From positions 1 through 64,000 of the forward strand of contig JAZDKB010000036.1 of NCBI GenBank assembly GCA_043803405.1: a stretch of DNA of 64,000 nt, given 5' to 3'. The DNA is from Spirochaetota bacterium. GTDB lineage: Bacteria; Spirochaetota; UBA4802; JAFGDQ01. Positions 47,771-58,735 of the stretch are shown one piece after another. A program made the translations under genes and the position numbers. The notes under the pieces were generated by a model. That model saw only the letters and a list, made by a program, of their open reading frames with translations, was not told the origin of the DNA and did no database searches. The first letter of the stretch is position 1; each line of letters starts with the position of its first letter.

Positions 47771-50425
47771 TTATTTGGCAAAAGGTTCTTTAATAAGCAG
47801 GAACTCGACTCTCCTGTTCCTTCTCCTGTTTTCGCTGTCAGTATTCGGCAGGAATGGCATTGTTTCACCCATGCCTCTAAACATCAACCTTTTTTCATCA
47901 ATTCCTTTCGCAACCAGATAATCCATTACATTCTTTGCCCTTGCTTCCGAGAGCTTTAAGTTATATTCTTCCTCGCCTACATCATCCGTATGTCCTTCAA
48001 TGGATACGTTGTATTTGCCGTATTTATTCAGTATTTCTTTGACCCTGTCAAGTATTGGAAAAGCTTTTCCTGAAAGCACAGCTTTATCAAAAGCAAATTC
48101 GATATTGCTTATCCGTATTTTAAGCCCGCGCTCGGTTACTGTAACAAGAACATCGATCGGGAGCTTTATCCGCTCTGTCCGGGCAGTATTGCCTGCTAAA
48201 TCCTTTGCGCTGAGTACAAAAAAATAATCCGCAGCAGATTCCACAAGATCTTTATCCCTGCCGATGCCGTCCCATTTAATTGTCTCCGGAGCATTGAGTT
48301 TCCCGCTGAACGATTTAAACACTTTTCCCGAAGGAGCAAATATATCAAGAGTCCAGTTATTTATCCCGGTATTATCTTTTGCTTCAGGGTAAATTGTAAG
48401 CATGTCATTTTCGCCGTCATCGTCCGGAGAAAACAAATTCGGAGAATAACTGACCGATACTTTCGGAGGTGTGCTGTCTATAATTATTTCCTTTGCAAAC
48501 GAAGCAGGCGCATTACCGCTGTCAAAGACTGTGCTTAATTTATAATAATACCTGCCGTCGTCCAGTTTTTTATCCTGCAAATCAAGAGCGTTCCAGACTA
48601 TAGATTTCGAAATATCTTTAGCGCCTTTAATTTCCTTAATAATTCGTCTGTCGTCATCTGCCAGGGAAATTGTCCAGCTCTCCAGCCCTTTTGTATCCGA
48701 AACAACGGGGTAAAAAATAATATTATTATTTTCTTTATATGAGTAATAATCACAGGAACAAGTTAAGTCTGTTGATTGATATTTCCTTGTAAGAGTAATC
48801 TGTTTTCTCTCGGCTCTGACACTGTTGCCTGCTTTATCCTGAGATGACACAAAGAAACTGTAAAGCCCCTCGCGAGCATCTATGTTGTTGTCATCTTTTC
48901 CGTCCCAGATCAGCTTTTTTGGTGCCGAGTTGCCGCTCCATGAATAAGACTTTATTACTTTATTTTCGGAATTTACAATGCCTGCTTTCCAGATATCTTC
49001 CCGTGATGTTACCATACTGAGTTTTATTTCAAGGGTATCTTTCTTACCGTCTTTATTAGGTGAAAAAAGGCTTTCTGACTCAACTGCTGCTTCAGGGAAA
49101 GTATTGTCGACAATCACTGTTCCGCTTTTTACGGACGAAATATTATCCCGTTCATCCCATACTGTAAAAGCGTATGTATATTTTCCGTCCGGAACAATTT
49201 TTTTCATATAATCTGTGCCATCCCAGAGAATGCTGTCCGGCACTATCATCGATTCTTTTTTTTGCCAGATTTTCGTAAAAAATCCTTTTAATGAAAGTCC
49301 TTCATCAATATCTCTTTCTGACATCCTGTATTCTTTAACAATGTCATTGCCTGGATTCAATATCTGAAGCTTCCAGCCTTTTATAGTGCTCCTGTCATAA
49401 ACCTCTGTTTTAAAAACAAGAAAATCCTGTTTACCGTCATAATTAGGGGAAATATATTCATCGCTGGAATTAATTTTTGTGTCGGGCGGCTCCCTGTCCA
49501 GTTTGCCGTATCTCATATTGAGACCCGCATAATGCACAAAACTCCATTTACTGTAATGAACAAGAGAATAATTTATATCGCCGTCGAAATCCCGCGTTTT
49601 AAACTGGTACCCGGCGCCTAGTGTGAAGTCGCCATACTCATAAGACTGCGGAGCTGTAAATCCTGCCCTTGCAATATATTTACCTTTTATTAATGATTCG
49701 AAACCTAATTTTGCGGGATAGTCATCGTAGGCATTTATTGCAGAATAATCATTGTAAAATTTTAAGTTAAAGTCGCTGTGTTTATAAAAAATAAAATTAT
49801 ACCCGATTGTAGATTGATTAAAGTTTGCGAATTTTTTATTTTCACCAAATGGCAGCCCCGCATTTATTGAAGCTCCTATTGCAGGTTCAAAAATTCCAAA
49901 CCCGTTTTTTATTTTCGCATTAAAATCAATTTTATATAATGAACCGACTGTAAGCCCGGTATAAGCCAGATTATTTTCCTTATCCGCACCGGTAAACAAA
50001 TTAAATGAAGCACCTATCATAAGCCTTTCGGTAAAATTTTTTGCTCCGCCTAAATTAAAAAGATACCCGGTCTTAATATCGTTTGTATCCGAAGCCGGGA
50101 TGCTTATCATCCTGAATCCGCCGCCCAGCACTCCATACGAAGTAGGCAGCGCAAAAGCAATGTCCGGATTGCTGAAACGAAAGCCGAGTGTCCCGTACTG
50201 AAGCCCGAACTCGAGCCTTTCCGAAGAAGCAATGGAAGCCGGGTTAATGTAGAACAAATCTGCGCCCAATCCGGAAACTCCCGTGCCGCCCCTGCCTAGC
50301 GATGATGCGGAATCGCCGAATAAAATAAGATTTTTTCCGCTGTCGTTCTTTGCGTATAACGCGGATACATCCGAAATAAAAATAACAAGTACAAATAAAT
50401 TAAATACTAATTGTTTTTTAAACAT
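47771..50425 (-). CDS. OmpA-family protein with N-terminal barrel and FlgD-like Ig repeats
   Basis: SLGRGG..NPA barrel start; repeated FSPN.DG..D / WDG / DG.Y; IEGHTD, LSEARA, NRRRNRRVEF. Confidence 0.85.
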   Translation of the reverse strand: MFKKQLVFNLFVLVIFISDVSALYAKNDSGKNLILFGDSASSLGRGGTGVSGLGADLFYINPASIASSERLEFGLQYGTLGFRFSNPDIAFALPTSYGVLGGGFRMISIPASDTNDIKTGYLFNLGGAKNFTERLMIGASFNLFTGADKENNLAYTGLTVGSLYKIDFNAKIKNGFGIFEPAIGASINAGLPFGENKKFANFNQSTIGYNFIFYKHSDFNLKFYNDYSAINAYDDYPAKLGFESLIKGKYIARAGFTAPQSYEYGDFTLGAGYQFKTRDFDGDINYSLVHYSKWSFVHYAGLNMRYGKLDREPPDTKINSSDEYISPNYDGKQDFLVFKTEVYDRSTIKGWKLQILNPGNDIVKEYRMSERDIDEGLSLKGFFTKIWQKKESMIVPDSILWDGTDYMKKIVPDGKYTYAFTVWDERDNISSVKSGTVIVDNTFPEAAVESESLFSPNKDGKKDTLEIKLSMVTSREDIWKAGIVNSENKVIKSYSWSGNSAPKKLIWDGKDDNNIDAREGLYSFFVSSQDKAGNSVRAERKQITLTRKYQSTDLTCSCDYYSYKENNNIIFYPVVSDTKGLESWTISLADDDRRIIKEIKGAKDISKSIVWNALDLQDKKLDDGRYYYKLSTVFDSGNAPASFAKEIIIDSTPPKVSVSYSPNLFSPDDDGENDMLTIYPEAKDNTGINNWTLDIFAPSGKVFKSFSGKLNAPETIKWDGIGRDKDLVESAADYFFVLSAKDLAGNTARTERIKLPIDVLVTVTERGLKIRISNIEFAFDKAVLSGKAFPILDRVKEILNKYGKYNVSIEGHTDDVGEEEYNLKLSEARAKNVMDYLVAKGIDEKRLMFRGMGETMPFLPNTDSENRRRNRRVEFLLIKEPFAK

Positions 50426-50590
50426 GGATTATCTCCGGAAATTGCAAGGTAAAATGAAATGATATTTTAGGCCGGAACTGCAGGATTAAATATCCGCGTA
50501 ATCTGGTTTAACTTAAAAAAAATGTCAAATAATTTTTATGCTCTCTGTTAAGAGCCTGTCTCGCCAGATAAGGCATGAATCTTTTTTTTC

Positions 50591-50635
50591 TTGACGTGTG
50601 ACATCTCTTGCAATATTATCTAACTAAATAGTTAG
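50591..50635 (+). promoter_or_regulatory. tetR promoter (TTGACG-17-TATTAT) with palindromic operator CTAACTA-AA-TAGTTAG
   Basis: Perfect 7-2-7 palindrome at 50620-50635 directly after the -10. Confidence 0.75.
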
Positions 50636-50668
50636 TTAAACAATACAAGACGGGATATTGTAAATTAA

Positions 50669-51286
50669 ATGACGACAGTTGAAGAAAAAATCAAGCAGGC
50701 GGCGATCAAAGAATTTTCCAGATACGGATTCGCTGGAGCCAGGGTTGACAGAATTGCTAAAACTGCGAAGATCAACAAAGCGATGATTTATTATCATTTT
50801 AGAAGTAAAGAAAAATTGTATGAGGACATATTATCGATTTTGGCAGATGGAATAAATAATTCTTTAAAAAACATAATAAGCGACGGGAACCTGGATAAAA
50901 ATAAATTATATTCAATAGTTTCCGTATATATTGACTTTATTTGTACCCTTGATCCTGATTTTGTTAAAGTAATGCTCCGTGAGCTTTCAAGCGGAGGCAA
51001 ATATTTCAGAAAGATTGTATTTATAAAAACATTGCAGCCGCTTTCATTTTTACTGGCTCAGAATATTACAAAAGAAATAAATAATAAGGTCTTCCGGCAA
51101 TTAAATCCATTTTATTTAATAATACAAACCATAGGCAGTATCGTATTTTTCAATATGCTAAAAATAAATCTCCATGGGACTGACCTGTATAATATTATTT
51201 TCAAGGAAAATAATATTGAAGAATTCAAACAAAACCTGCTGGCAGTCATGCAAAACGGTATTGAGTTTAAGGAGGGAACTGAGTGA
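50669..51286 (+). CDS. TetR-family regulator
   Basis: AA.KEFSRYGFAGARVDRIAK.A.INKAMIYYHF.SKEKLY. Confidence 0.93.
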   Translation: MTTVEEKIKQAAIKEFSRYGFAGARVDRIAKTAKINKAMIYYHFRSKEKLYEDILSILADGINNSLKNIISDGNLDKNKLYSIVSVYIDFICTLDPDFVKVMLRELSSGGKYFRKIVFIKTLQPLSFLLAQNITKEINNKVFRQLNPFYLIIQTIGSIVFFNMLKINLHGTDLYNIIFKENNIEEFKQNLLAVMQNGIEFKEGTE

Positions 51287-52692
51287 AACGAAAATATATT
51301 TTTTATCATATATTTCTAATATTAATATGCCTGCTTAATATTAATATTTTAAATGCTGAATCTTCTTCTCAAAAATTACTGTCTCTTGAGAAACTGACGC
51401 TGGATAGAGCGATAGAAACTGCCTTGCAGAACAACCAGGACTATAAAATAGCCCTTTTAAAAGAAAAAGAAGCAAACGAAAAAGTCAATGCTGCGTGGGG
51501 TCAGCTCTGGCCTGTGCTCGAGTCGGAAGCGTCGGCTATGCGGCAATATGCTGAAAGCGGGGTCATGAGCCTGTCGGACGGGCAAAACGATATTAAATTT
51601 ATACAACTAAAGTTCGGGATCAACCCGGGTATATTCTATAATTCGTTATTGGCTGCGCGTGATGCTTCGAAAACAGCTCGTGAGGATGTCCGCAGGATCA
51701 GGTCTTCGATCGAATGTTCGCTGATAAAAAGCTATTTTGATGTTTTGCTCGCAAATGAAATAATCAAGCTGCGGAAGGAGTCTATTGCAGTATTGAAAAA
51801 TAATCTGCAGGATGTACAGAACATGTTCAGGACAGGAGCAATACCTAAATTTGAACTGCTTCAGGCCGAGGTTGAGCTTCATAAGCTGGAGCCTCTGCTT
51901 ATTGATGCCCGGACAAATCATAAAGTCGCACTGGATATATTTAATTATTATCTGGGAAACGATAAAATAATATTTACTCCAGACGAAGAAATACTTAAGA
52001 GTGAATCCATGAAAGCCCCTGCTGACGACGACCGCAAGACCGAATATCTCACCTTACTCGCTCTTAAGAACCGGCCGGAGCTTATACAACTGGAAGCTAA
52101 GCGCAGCCTGGCCGAGCACACGAAAAACATCAACAGCTCATATTATCTTTGGCCGACATTTTCAGTCGGAGGATATTACGGTAAAACACAGTATCTTCCG
52201 AATACAATTGACTCCCCTATCCCAGGCATGGATTTTTCAAATATAACAGGCACGGACGAATGGCAGAAAACATGGCAGGTTCGCGTAGCTGCCACATACA
52301 GATGGGGAACGCTTATTCCTGCGGACTCAATCAGAGCAGCCGAGCGCGAGGAAAAGCTGAAAATCAAAGAAGAAGAAGAAGAGCTGCTAAAGCTGAAAAG
52401 ACTTATTGGAATTTCGATAAGGTCAAATTATTCGAAACTGCTGAGTTCGTATTTAACAATAAAGCCGCAGAAAGAAAATGTCGGCACCGCAGAAGAGGGT
52501 TTAAGGATTGCAAGGGAAAGCTACACCGCGGGTGTTATAAAAAATTCCGAACTGCTTTCAGCCGAGCTTTCTTTAACAAACGCGCGCACTTCTTATATAA
52601 ATGCAGTTTACGGGTACTATGTGTCCCTGGCTGAATTAAAAAAGGAAATCGGTATAAGCGATGAGAATATCATTATGGAGGATGTTAAATGA
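51283..52692 (+). CDS. TolC-family outer membrane efflux protein
   Basis: LTLD.AIE.AL.NN, YFDVL, G.....ELL.AE repeats. Confidence 0.88.
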   Translation: MKRKYIFYHIFLILICLLNINILNAESSSQKLLSLEKLTLDRAIETALQNNQDYKIALLKEKEANEKVNAAWGQLWPVLESEASAMRQYAESGVMSLSDGQNDIKFIQLKFGINPGIFYNSLLAARDASKTAREDVRRIRSSIECSLIKSYFDVLLANEIIKLRKESIAVLKNNLQDVQNMFRTGAIPKFELLQAEVELHKLEPLLIDARTNHKVALDIFNYYLGNDKIIFTPDEEILKSESMKAPADDDRKTEYLTLLALKNRPELIQLEAKRSLAEHTKNINSSYYLWPTFSVGGYYGKTQYLPNTIDSPIPGMDFSNITGTDEWQKTWQVRVAATYRWGTLIPADSIRAAEREEKLKIKEEEEELLKLKRLIGISIRSNYSKLLSSYLTIKPQKENVGTAEEGLRIARESYTAGVIKNSELLSAELSLTNARTSYINAVYGYYVSLAELKKEIGISDENIIMEDVK

Positions 52693-53483
52693 ACAGGAAA
52701 AAATTTATACCACTTGGTATAGTTGTTTTACTGATTATAGCCGCAACACTCTATTTTGAGGTTTTCCGGCATATTGAATTTAACACGAATGCAATAGACG
52801 GATCCGGGACAATAGAAGTCACTGAAATAGAAATAGGATCAAAGATTGCAGGCAGAATTGAAGAACTGCCTAAGCCAGAGGGCGTTGCCGTGCGTAAAGG
52901 CGAACTTGTTGTAAAATTGGAATATGAAGAGTTGAGCGCGCAAAGGCTGTCGGCTCAGGCAAATCTGGCGAATACAGAAAAAAATTTTAAGAGAATAAAA
53001 AATCTCTACGAGACAGGGTCTGTTTCCAAAAGAGATTACGATAATGCAGACGCAGCTTACCGGATCGCAAAAGGTTCATATGATCAAATTGCCGCTACTA
53101 TTATGAACGCGGTTATTGTATCTCCGATAAACGGCGTAGTACTGGAAAAAAATCTTGAGGTAGGGGAGATTGCATTTCCGGGTACAGCTATTCTGACTGT
53201 AGCGGATATAACAAAGCCGTGGATTTATATTTATGTAAATGAAAGGAAACTCGGATTTATCAAACTCGGACAAAAGGCAGCTATAAAGGTTGATTCGTTC
53301 CCTGATAAGAAATTCAGCGGAAGGGTGGTTTCAATATCCAACAAAGCGGAATTTACCCCCAAGACAATACAGACTAAAGAAGAAAGAGTTAAGCTTGTTT
53401 TCGCGGTTAAGATTGCGATTGAAAATCCGGACATGAGCTTAAAGCCGGGGATGCCTGCGGATGCGGAGATCATTATTAAATAA
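52689..53483 (+). CDS. HlyD/YbhG-like membrane fusion protein
   Basis: SGTIE, SPINGVV, AEFTPKTIQT.EER.KLVFAVK, LKPGMPA. Confidence 0.9.
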   Translation: MNRKKFIPLGIVVLLIIAATLYFEVFRHIEFNTNAIDGSGTIEVTEIEIGSKIAGRIEELPKPEGVAVRKGELVVKLEYEELSAQRLSAQANLANTEKNFKRIKNLYETGSVSKRDYDNADAAYRIAKGSYDQIAATIMNAVIVSPINGVVLEKNLEVGEIAFPGTAILTVADITKPWIYIYVNERKLGFIKLGQKAAIKVDSFPDKKFSGRVVSISNKAEFTPKTIQTKEERVKLVFAVKIAIENPDMSLKPGMPADAEIIIK

Positions 53484-53590
53484 GCGGGGTGGAGCGGCTT
53501 TTAAATTCAACTTAGTCATTAAAGTAATAATAATTGGCAATTAATATCAGTACACTGTCTCATTCGTTTTTAGTGTTTAATTGTGCCAAA

Positions 53591-53678
53591 ATAGAAATAC
53601 ATAACATAAATTTTCTGCGGAACTCGGACAACCCTTGGAAAAACTCAAACAGTCCTCGAAAATTTTTGTTAATTCTAT
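53591..53678. repeat. Second copy of the CTGCGGAACTCGG..CTCAAACAGTCCTC hairpin motif
   Basis: TAACATAAATTTTC / GAAAATTTTTGTTA stem around the same core as 21072-21163. Confidence 0.6.
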
Positions 53679-53784
53679 CAACTTTTAATATCGCATTTAT
53701 TTTTTAATATTTATGAGATGAGCTGTATTTGTAAAATTTAAACAAACAAATGACTCTGCGAAGACAAAACGTCACAAAAAAAAT

Positions 53785-54711
53785 ATGGACATACTTGTAA
53801 TAAACAATCTCAGCAAACGCTTCAAAGAAATAGCTGCTGTCTCATCGTTAAGTTTCAGTGTGCATAAAGGTGAGATATTCGGCATAGTCGGCCCGGACGG
53901 CGCAGGCAAAAGTACTTTGATGCGTCTTATCGCCGGAATCCTTAGTCCAGGCGAAGGAAGCGTTATTATCAAAGATCTAAATGTGCACGAAAACGCTTTC
54001 CTGATAAAAGAAAACCTTGCATACATGCCTCAGCGTTTCGGACTTTATGAAGACTTGACAGTAGAGGAAAATATATTTTTTTTTGGAAAATTGTTCGGAG
54101 TGCCGCGCAGGGAAATACAAGAGCGGATAAAACGCCTCTATATGTTCAGCAGGCTGGAGCCTTTTAAGGACAGACTTGCAGGAAAGCTTTCGGGCGGCAT
54201 GAAGCAGAAGCTCGGGCTTGCATGCAGCCTGGTGCACAGACCGGATCTGATCCTGCTCGATGAGCCGACAAACGGAGTTGATCCGGTATCCAGGAGAGAG
54301 TTCTGGAAAATACTGTACGATCTGCTGAGCGATGGAGTGACCATTGTCGTAAGCACAGCTTATCTTGATGAAGCCGAACGCTGCACAAGAGTAGCTCTGA
54401 TGTATAACGGGAGCTTCCTGACGCTGGGGACACCTGATGAAATCAAGAAAAGCATAAAAAATACTCTTCTGGAAATTATTTCATCCGATATCTGGGAAGC
54501 GGAAAAAATTCTAAGGGGAAGCGACAGCTACAGCCATGTTATAAGGGAAGGAAACGCTTTGCGTATTTTTATTAAAAATGCTGAAAAAGATAAAAAAAAT
54601 ATAAGTCAAATGCTTTATCAAAAAGGAATTAAAGTGCAATCGATTGCAAAGAAAGTTCCTACTCTGGAAAATTGCTTTGTGGAGATAATATCAGAGGGAG
54701 AATACAGGTGA
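53785..54711 (+). CDS. ABC transporter ATP-binding protein (YbhF-like)
   Basis: GPDGAGKS, LSGGMKQK, LLDEPTNGVDP. Confidence 0.92.
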   Translation: MDILVINNLSKRFKEIAAVSSLSFSVHKGEIFGIVGPDGAGKSTLMRLIAGILSPGEGSVIIKDLNVHENAFLIKENLAYMPQRFGLYEDLTVEENIFFFGKLFGVPRREIQERIKRLYMFSRLEPFKDRLAGKLSGGMKQKLGLACSLVHRPDLILLDEPTNGVDPVSRREFWKILYDLLSDGVTIVVSTAYLDEAERCTRVALMYNGSFLTLGTPDEIKKSIKNTLLEIISSDIWEAEKILRGSDSYSHVIREGNALRIFIKNAEKDKKNISQMLYQKGIKVQSIAKKVPTLENCFVEIISEGEYR

Positions 54712-55859
54712 GGCTTGTAAAATCATTATCAAGAATTATTACAATTGCAGACAAAGAATGGACTCAGATACGCAGGGATAAACGTAGCCTTTACCTGGCG
54801 ATCATTGCGCCTGTATTATTCGTATTTCTCTTCGGATACGCGCTTACTGTTGATGTTAAAAATGTCAGCACTGCAATATTTGACCAGGATAAGACCGCTG
54901 CCTCGAGACAGTTCATTGAAGAATTCAGCCATACCGAATACCTCAAGATATACGGTTACGTATCGAACTATAACGAGATAGATAATCTGATAAATTCGGA
55001 AGATATTAAACTGGCGCTTGTTATCCCCCGCAATTTTGAGAAACGTTTTAAATCCGGCAAAAAAACAGATGTGCAGCTTCTGGCTGACGGCTCGGACTCA
55101 ACGACTGCATCCGTAGCCATAGGCTATGTAAAAGCAATAGTCGCGAATTACAACATCGATATTAAAATGGCAGAGCTGAAAAGAATAGGAATTTCCGATA
55201 CGCAATTGCCGATAGAAGCAAGGACACGAATATGGTACAATCCGGAACTTGAAAGCAAGAATTTTATTATACCAGGGCTTATTATTATGATCATGGCGAT
55301 CATTTCTGCCCTGATAGCCTCCCTTACGATCTCACGGGAATGGGAGCGCGGGACAATGGAAACCCTGATAACCACTCCAGTCCGCGGTTTTGAGCTGGTA
55401 TTCGGCAAGCTGATCCCTTTCATCTTTATCGGGATTCTGGATATCATTGTAATGATATCAGTAGGATATTTCATATTTAAAGTGCCGATCAAAGGCAGTT
55501 TTGTGGAGTTATTTCTTCTGGATCTGTTGTTTCTGATAGGCACTTCGAGCATGGGAATACTGATTTCTGCTTCAACACGCGTGCAGGTATTATCCGTGCA
55601 GATGGCTATGAACCTAACATATCTTCCTACTATTATTTTATCCGGATTTATTTTCCCGATTCAGAACATGCCACTGTTTATTCAGGGAGTCACTTATCTT
55701 ATACCGGCCAGGTATGCCATAATGCTTGTTAAAGCCGTTGCGCTTAAGGGGATTCCGGCACTTTTCCTGTGGACACAAATAGCTTTTCTTTTCTGTTTTG
55801 CAGTAATAATAATTACTCTAAGTATAAAAAAAATGAGCCTTCGTTTGCCTGAAGGCTAG
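54708..55859 (+). CDS. ABC-2 permease (YbhS-like)
   Basis: GTG start coupled to upstream stop; LFGYA, WYNP, REWERGTME, LSGF.FP. Confidence 0.9.
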   Translation: MRLVKSLSRIITIADKEWTQIRRDKRSLYLAIIAPVLFVFLFGYALTVDVKNVSTAIFDQDKTAASRQFIEEFSHTEYLKIYGYVSNYNEIDNLINSEDIKLALVIPRNFEKRFKSGKKTDVQLLADGSDSTTASVAIGYVKAIVANYNIDIKMAELKRIGISDTQLPIEARTRIWYNPELESKNFIIPGLIIMIMAIISALIASLTISREWERGTMETLITTPVRGFELVFGKLIPFIFIGILDIIVMISVGYFIFKVPIKGSFVELFLLDLLFLIGTSSMGILISASTRVQVLSVQMAMNLTYLPTIILSGFIFPIQNMPLFIQGVTYLIPARYAIMLVKAVALKGIPALFLWTQIAFLFCFAVIIITLSIKKMSLRLPEG

Positions 55860-55912
55860 TCGGAAATATATAAAAGATAAATTCAAGTGACCATTGCCCA
55901 TATAATATTTTT

Positions 55913-57073
55913 ATGAAAATATCCATTAGAAAGAATATACTAAAAAGTCTTCTTGTTAAAGAATTCAAAGAGATATTCAGAAACAAGCTGATGGTGAGCC
56001 AGCTTTTTATGGTTCCGTTTATCCTGCTTTTTGTATTGGGTTATGCAGCAAACACGGATGTAAAAAAAATAAAAATGTCCGTGCTTGACGAAGACCGCAC
56101 ACAGGAAAGCAGGAAATTTATCCAGGTATTTTCTTCAAGTCCGTACTTCATTTATTATTCGTATTTAAACTCTGAAAAAGAAACAGCGGAACTCCTGGAT
56201 AAAGGAAAAGCTGAAATGTTTTTGCATGTTCTCCGCGGTTTTTCCAAAAATGCCAAATCGGGGAAACATTCAGATATACAGCTAATACTCGACGGAACTG
56301 ATTCCGGCAGGGCGGCTTTAATAATGTCCTATGTAAACCAGATCACAAATGATTTTTCATTAGATTTTTTTAAAGACAGAATAAAGATGCTTGTGCTGAG
56401 CAGAGGCGCCGGCGGAATGAAAATGAAAGAAACCATAGGTATCCAGGAAAGGGCCCTCTTTAACCCTGAACTTGCCAGCAGAAACTTTTTTTTACCCGGT
56501 GTGCTTGCCATGCTAATATCCATTATTACAATCATGCTCACGTCAATGGCCATTGTAAAGGAAAAAGAAGCAGGTACAATTGAACAGATCATTGTGTCTC
56601 CCTTAAAGCCTGTGGAATACATTGCAGGCAAAACACTGCCCTTTGCGGTTATTGGCTTTATAAACATATTCATCGGAGCCATTGCCGTGATTGCATGGTT
56701 CAATGTCCCGTTCAACGGCAGTTTCATTTTTCTGCTTTTTTCGGGACTGATATATATTGTATCCGCGCTTGCAGTAGGACTGTTCATATCGACAATATCA
56801 AAGACACAGCAGGAAGCAATGCTTTCGACCTTTTTGTATTTTATGCCTGCAATGCTTCTTTCGGGCTTTGTTTTCCCGATATACGCAATGCCGGCAAGTA
56901 TTCAGACTCTGACTTATTTAAATCCGATACGGTATTTTATTATCATCCTTAGGGGAATATTTCTTAAGGGCATTGGAATATCCGATCTATGGCCCGAATT
57001 ACTTGTACTCGTGTTTATGGCAATAGCGCTGTTAACTCTCAGTGTAAAAAGGTTTGCCAGGAGAATGGAATAA
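55913..57073 (+). CDS. ABC-2 permease (YbhR-like)
   Basis: LGYAA, FNP, KEKEAGTIEQ, LLSGF.FP. Confidence 0.9.
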   Translation: MKISIRKNILKSLLVKEFKEIFRNKLMVSQLFMVPFILLFVLGYAANTDVKKIKMSVLDEDRTQESRKFIQVFSSSPYFIYYSYLNSEKETAELLDKGKAEMFLHVLRGFSKNAKSGKHSDIQLILDGTDSGRAALIMSYVNQITNDFSLDFFKDRIKMLVLSRGAGGMKMKETIGIQERALFNPELASRNFFLPGVLAMLISIITIMLTSMAIVKEKEAGTIEQIIVSPLKPVEYIAGKTLPFAVIGFINIFIGAIAVIAWFNVPFNGSFIFLLFSGLIYIVSALAVGLFISTISKTQQEAMLSTFLYFMPAMLLSGFVFPIYAMPASIQTLTYLNPIRYFIIILRGIFLKGIGISDLWPELLVLVFMAIALLTLSVKRFARRME

Positions 57074-57999
57074 TGGAATATTCCGTAGAAGTTCAAAATC
57101 TTACAAAGCGGTTCGACCAGTTTACGGCTGTCGATGACATAACTTTTTCCGTCAACAAAGGTGAAATATTCGGATTTTTAGGCCCCAATGGAGCCGGAAA
57201 AAGCACAACTATAAAAATGCTATGCGGAATTCTTCTACCTACGGACGGCAAAGGCACTGTAATGCAGCATGATATAATGTCCGAGCAGGATAAAATCAGA
57301 AACGTTATAGGGTACATGTCTCAGAAATTCTCTCTTTATGACGACCTCACGGTAATTGAGAATCTGGAATTTTTCGGCAGCATATACGGCCTTGAAGGAA
57401 AAAAGCTGAAAAAGAGAACGGATTACGTTATTGAAATGGCAGAAATAAAAGACAGAAAAAACTCCATTGTAAAAACGCTCCCGGGCGGGATTAAACAGAG
57501 ACTGGCTATTGGTGCGGCAATACTTCACGACCCGCCTATCCTGTTTTTAGATGAGCCGACTTCCGGGGTAGATCCTATTATGCGAAGAAATTTCTGGGAG
57601 CTTATATATGAATTTGCCAAGCTTGGAAAAACTATTTTTGTAACGACCCACTACATGGATGAGGCGGAGCACTGCGACCGCATGGCTCTCATTATCGCCG
57701 GAAAAATTATAGCAATGGATTCGCCTGCAAACCTTAAGTCCCAACTGCCATACGGAGTTTATTCTCTGAAAGCGCCTGACTTTATAAAAGTATTTGATTA
57801 TATTTCAAGGCTGGAATACATTGAGGAAGCGGCAATTTTCGGGAGTATGATTCATATACTCTGTGAAGAAAAATTTCCTTTAAAAAAAGAACTCAGCAAA
57901 GATCTGAAAGCCAGAGGAATTACAGGCTGCCATATTGATAAAATTTCGCCAACACTTGAAGACGTATTTGTAACATACGCAAGGAAACTGGGAGTATAA
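57073..57999 (+). CDS. ABC transporter ATP-binding protein
   Basis: GPNGAGKS, LPGGIKQR, FLDEPTSGVDP, TTHYMDEAE; ATG 57073. Confidence 0.92.
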   Translation: MEYSVEVQNLTKRFDQFTAVDDITFSVNKGEIFGFLGPNGAGKSTTIKMLCGILLPTDGKGTVMQHDIMSEQDKIRNVIGYMSQKFSLYDDLTVIENLEFFGSIYGLEGKKLKKRTDYVIEMAEIKDRKNSIVKTLPGGIKQRLAIGAAILHDPPILFLDEPTSGVDPIMRRNFWELIYEFAKLGKTIFVTTHYMDEAEHCDRMALIIAGKIIAMDSPANLKSQLPYGVYSLKAPDFIKVFDYISRLEYIEEAAIFGSMIHILCEEKFPLKKELSKDLKARGITGCHIDKISPTLEDVFVTYARKLGV

Positions 58000-58171
58000 T
58001 CCTTCATTTTGCCTTAAAATAAAAATCACATACGTATTAACAAGCTAGGTACAATATTTATAGAAAGTCGCACCACGCACTAAATTTATTTTTCCTCCGA
58101 TTTCTTTATAATAATTCCTGAAAAAACACCGAATATAATAAAGCAGTAACAATTAATAACAGGGATATAAA

Positions 58172-58576
58172 ATGCAATCTTTAACTCATGATATTGAAAA
58201 ATCGGTAAGAACCATATTCAGGCTTTTTTTTAACACAAACGTTCAATTAAAGAACAACAATGTATATAAATATTCGCCCTGGGGGGTTGATATTATAATG
58301 GATTGCGGCGGAGTAAAGAAGCTGAGCCTTTTTATGGACGAAAGCACGCTTAAATCAGTAATGAAACAATTAACAGGCGAAGACAACATACAAAACAGCG
58401 CCCTGGCCTACAATGTTATCGGTGAAATAGCGCGTTTTATCGCCGGTAATGCCGCAGGAGAAAAGCACGAAAATTTTACTATCTACAAACCTGTTCCTTC
58501 GCAGGGGATAAGGCATTCGGAACATTCGCAGATATTTTCTTCCGGCCTGGGAGAATTCGCAATTTCCCTGGAGTAG
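58172..58576 (+). CDS. CheX-like protein
   Basis: IGEIARFIAGNA resembles the CheX E..N.I.GNA motif, but degenerate. Confidence 0.5.
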   Translation: MQSLTHDIEKSVRTIFRLFFNTNVQLKNNNVYKYSPWGVDIIMDCGGVKKLSLFMDESTLKSVMKQLTGEDNIQNSALAYNVIGEIARFIAGNAAGEKHENFTIYKPVPSQGIRHSEHSQIFSSGLGEFAISLE

Positions 58577-58735
58577 CAATTCACATCATTTTACCAGCCA
58601 GTCTGGATTATTCAAGGTTTATAAAATAGCAACATAAAATATTTGACATAATTAATTGAAAATACAATAATACCCGCAGCTTAAACGGATTTGATTATTA
58701 ATTATAAATTACAATATCTATTAAGAGGTAAAAAA

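Noticed and set aside
43849..50560. AAGAGCCTGT seen near 43849 and 50550 as IS ends
   Set aside because: Only 10 bp, same orientation, flanking core genes such as valS
53601..53675. Integron attC site (ATAAC..GTTA ends)
   Set aside because: The sister copy at 21072 lacks AAC/GTT boxes, no integron integrase is present, and the flanking genes form an ordinary operon
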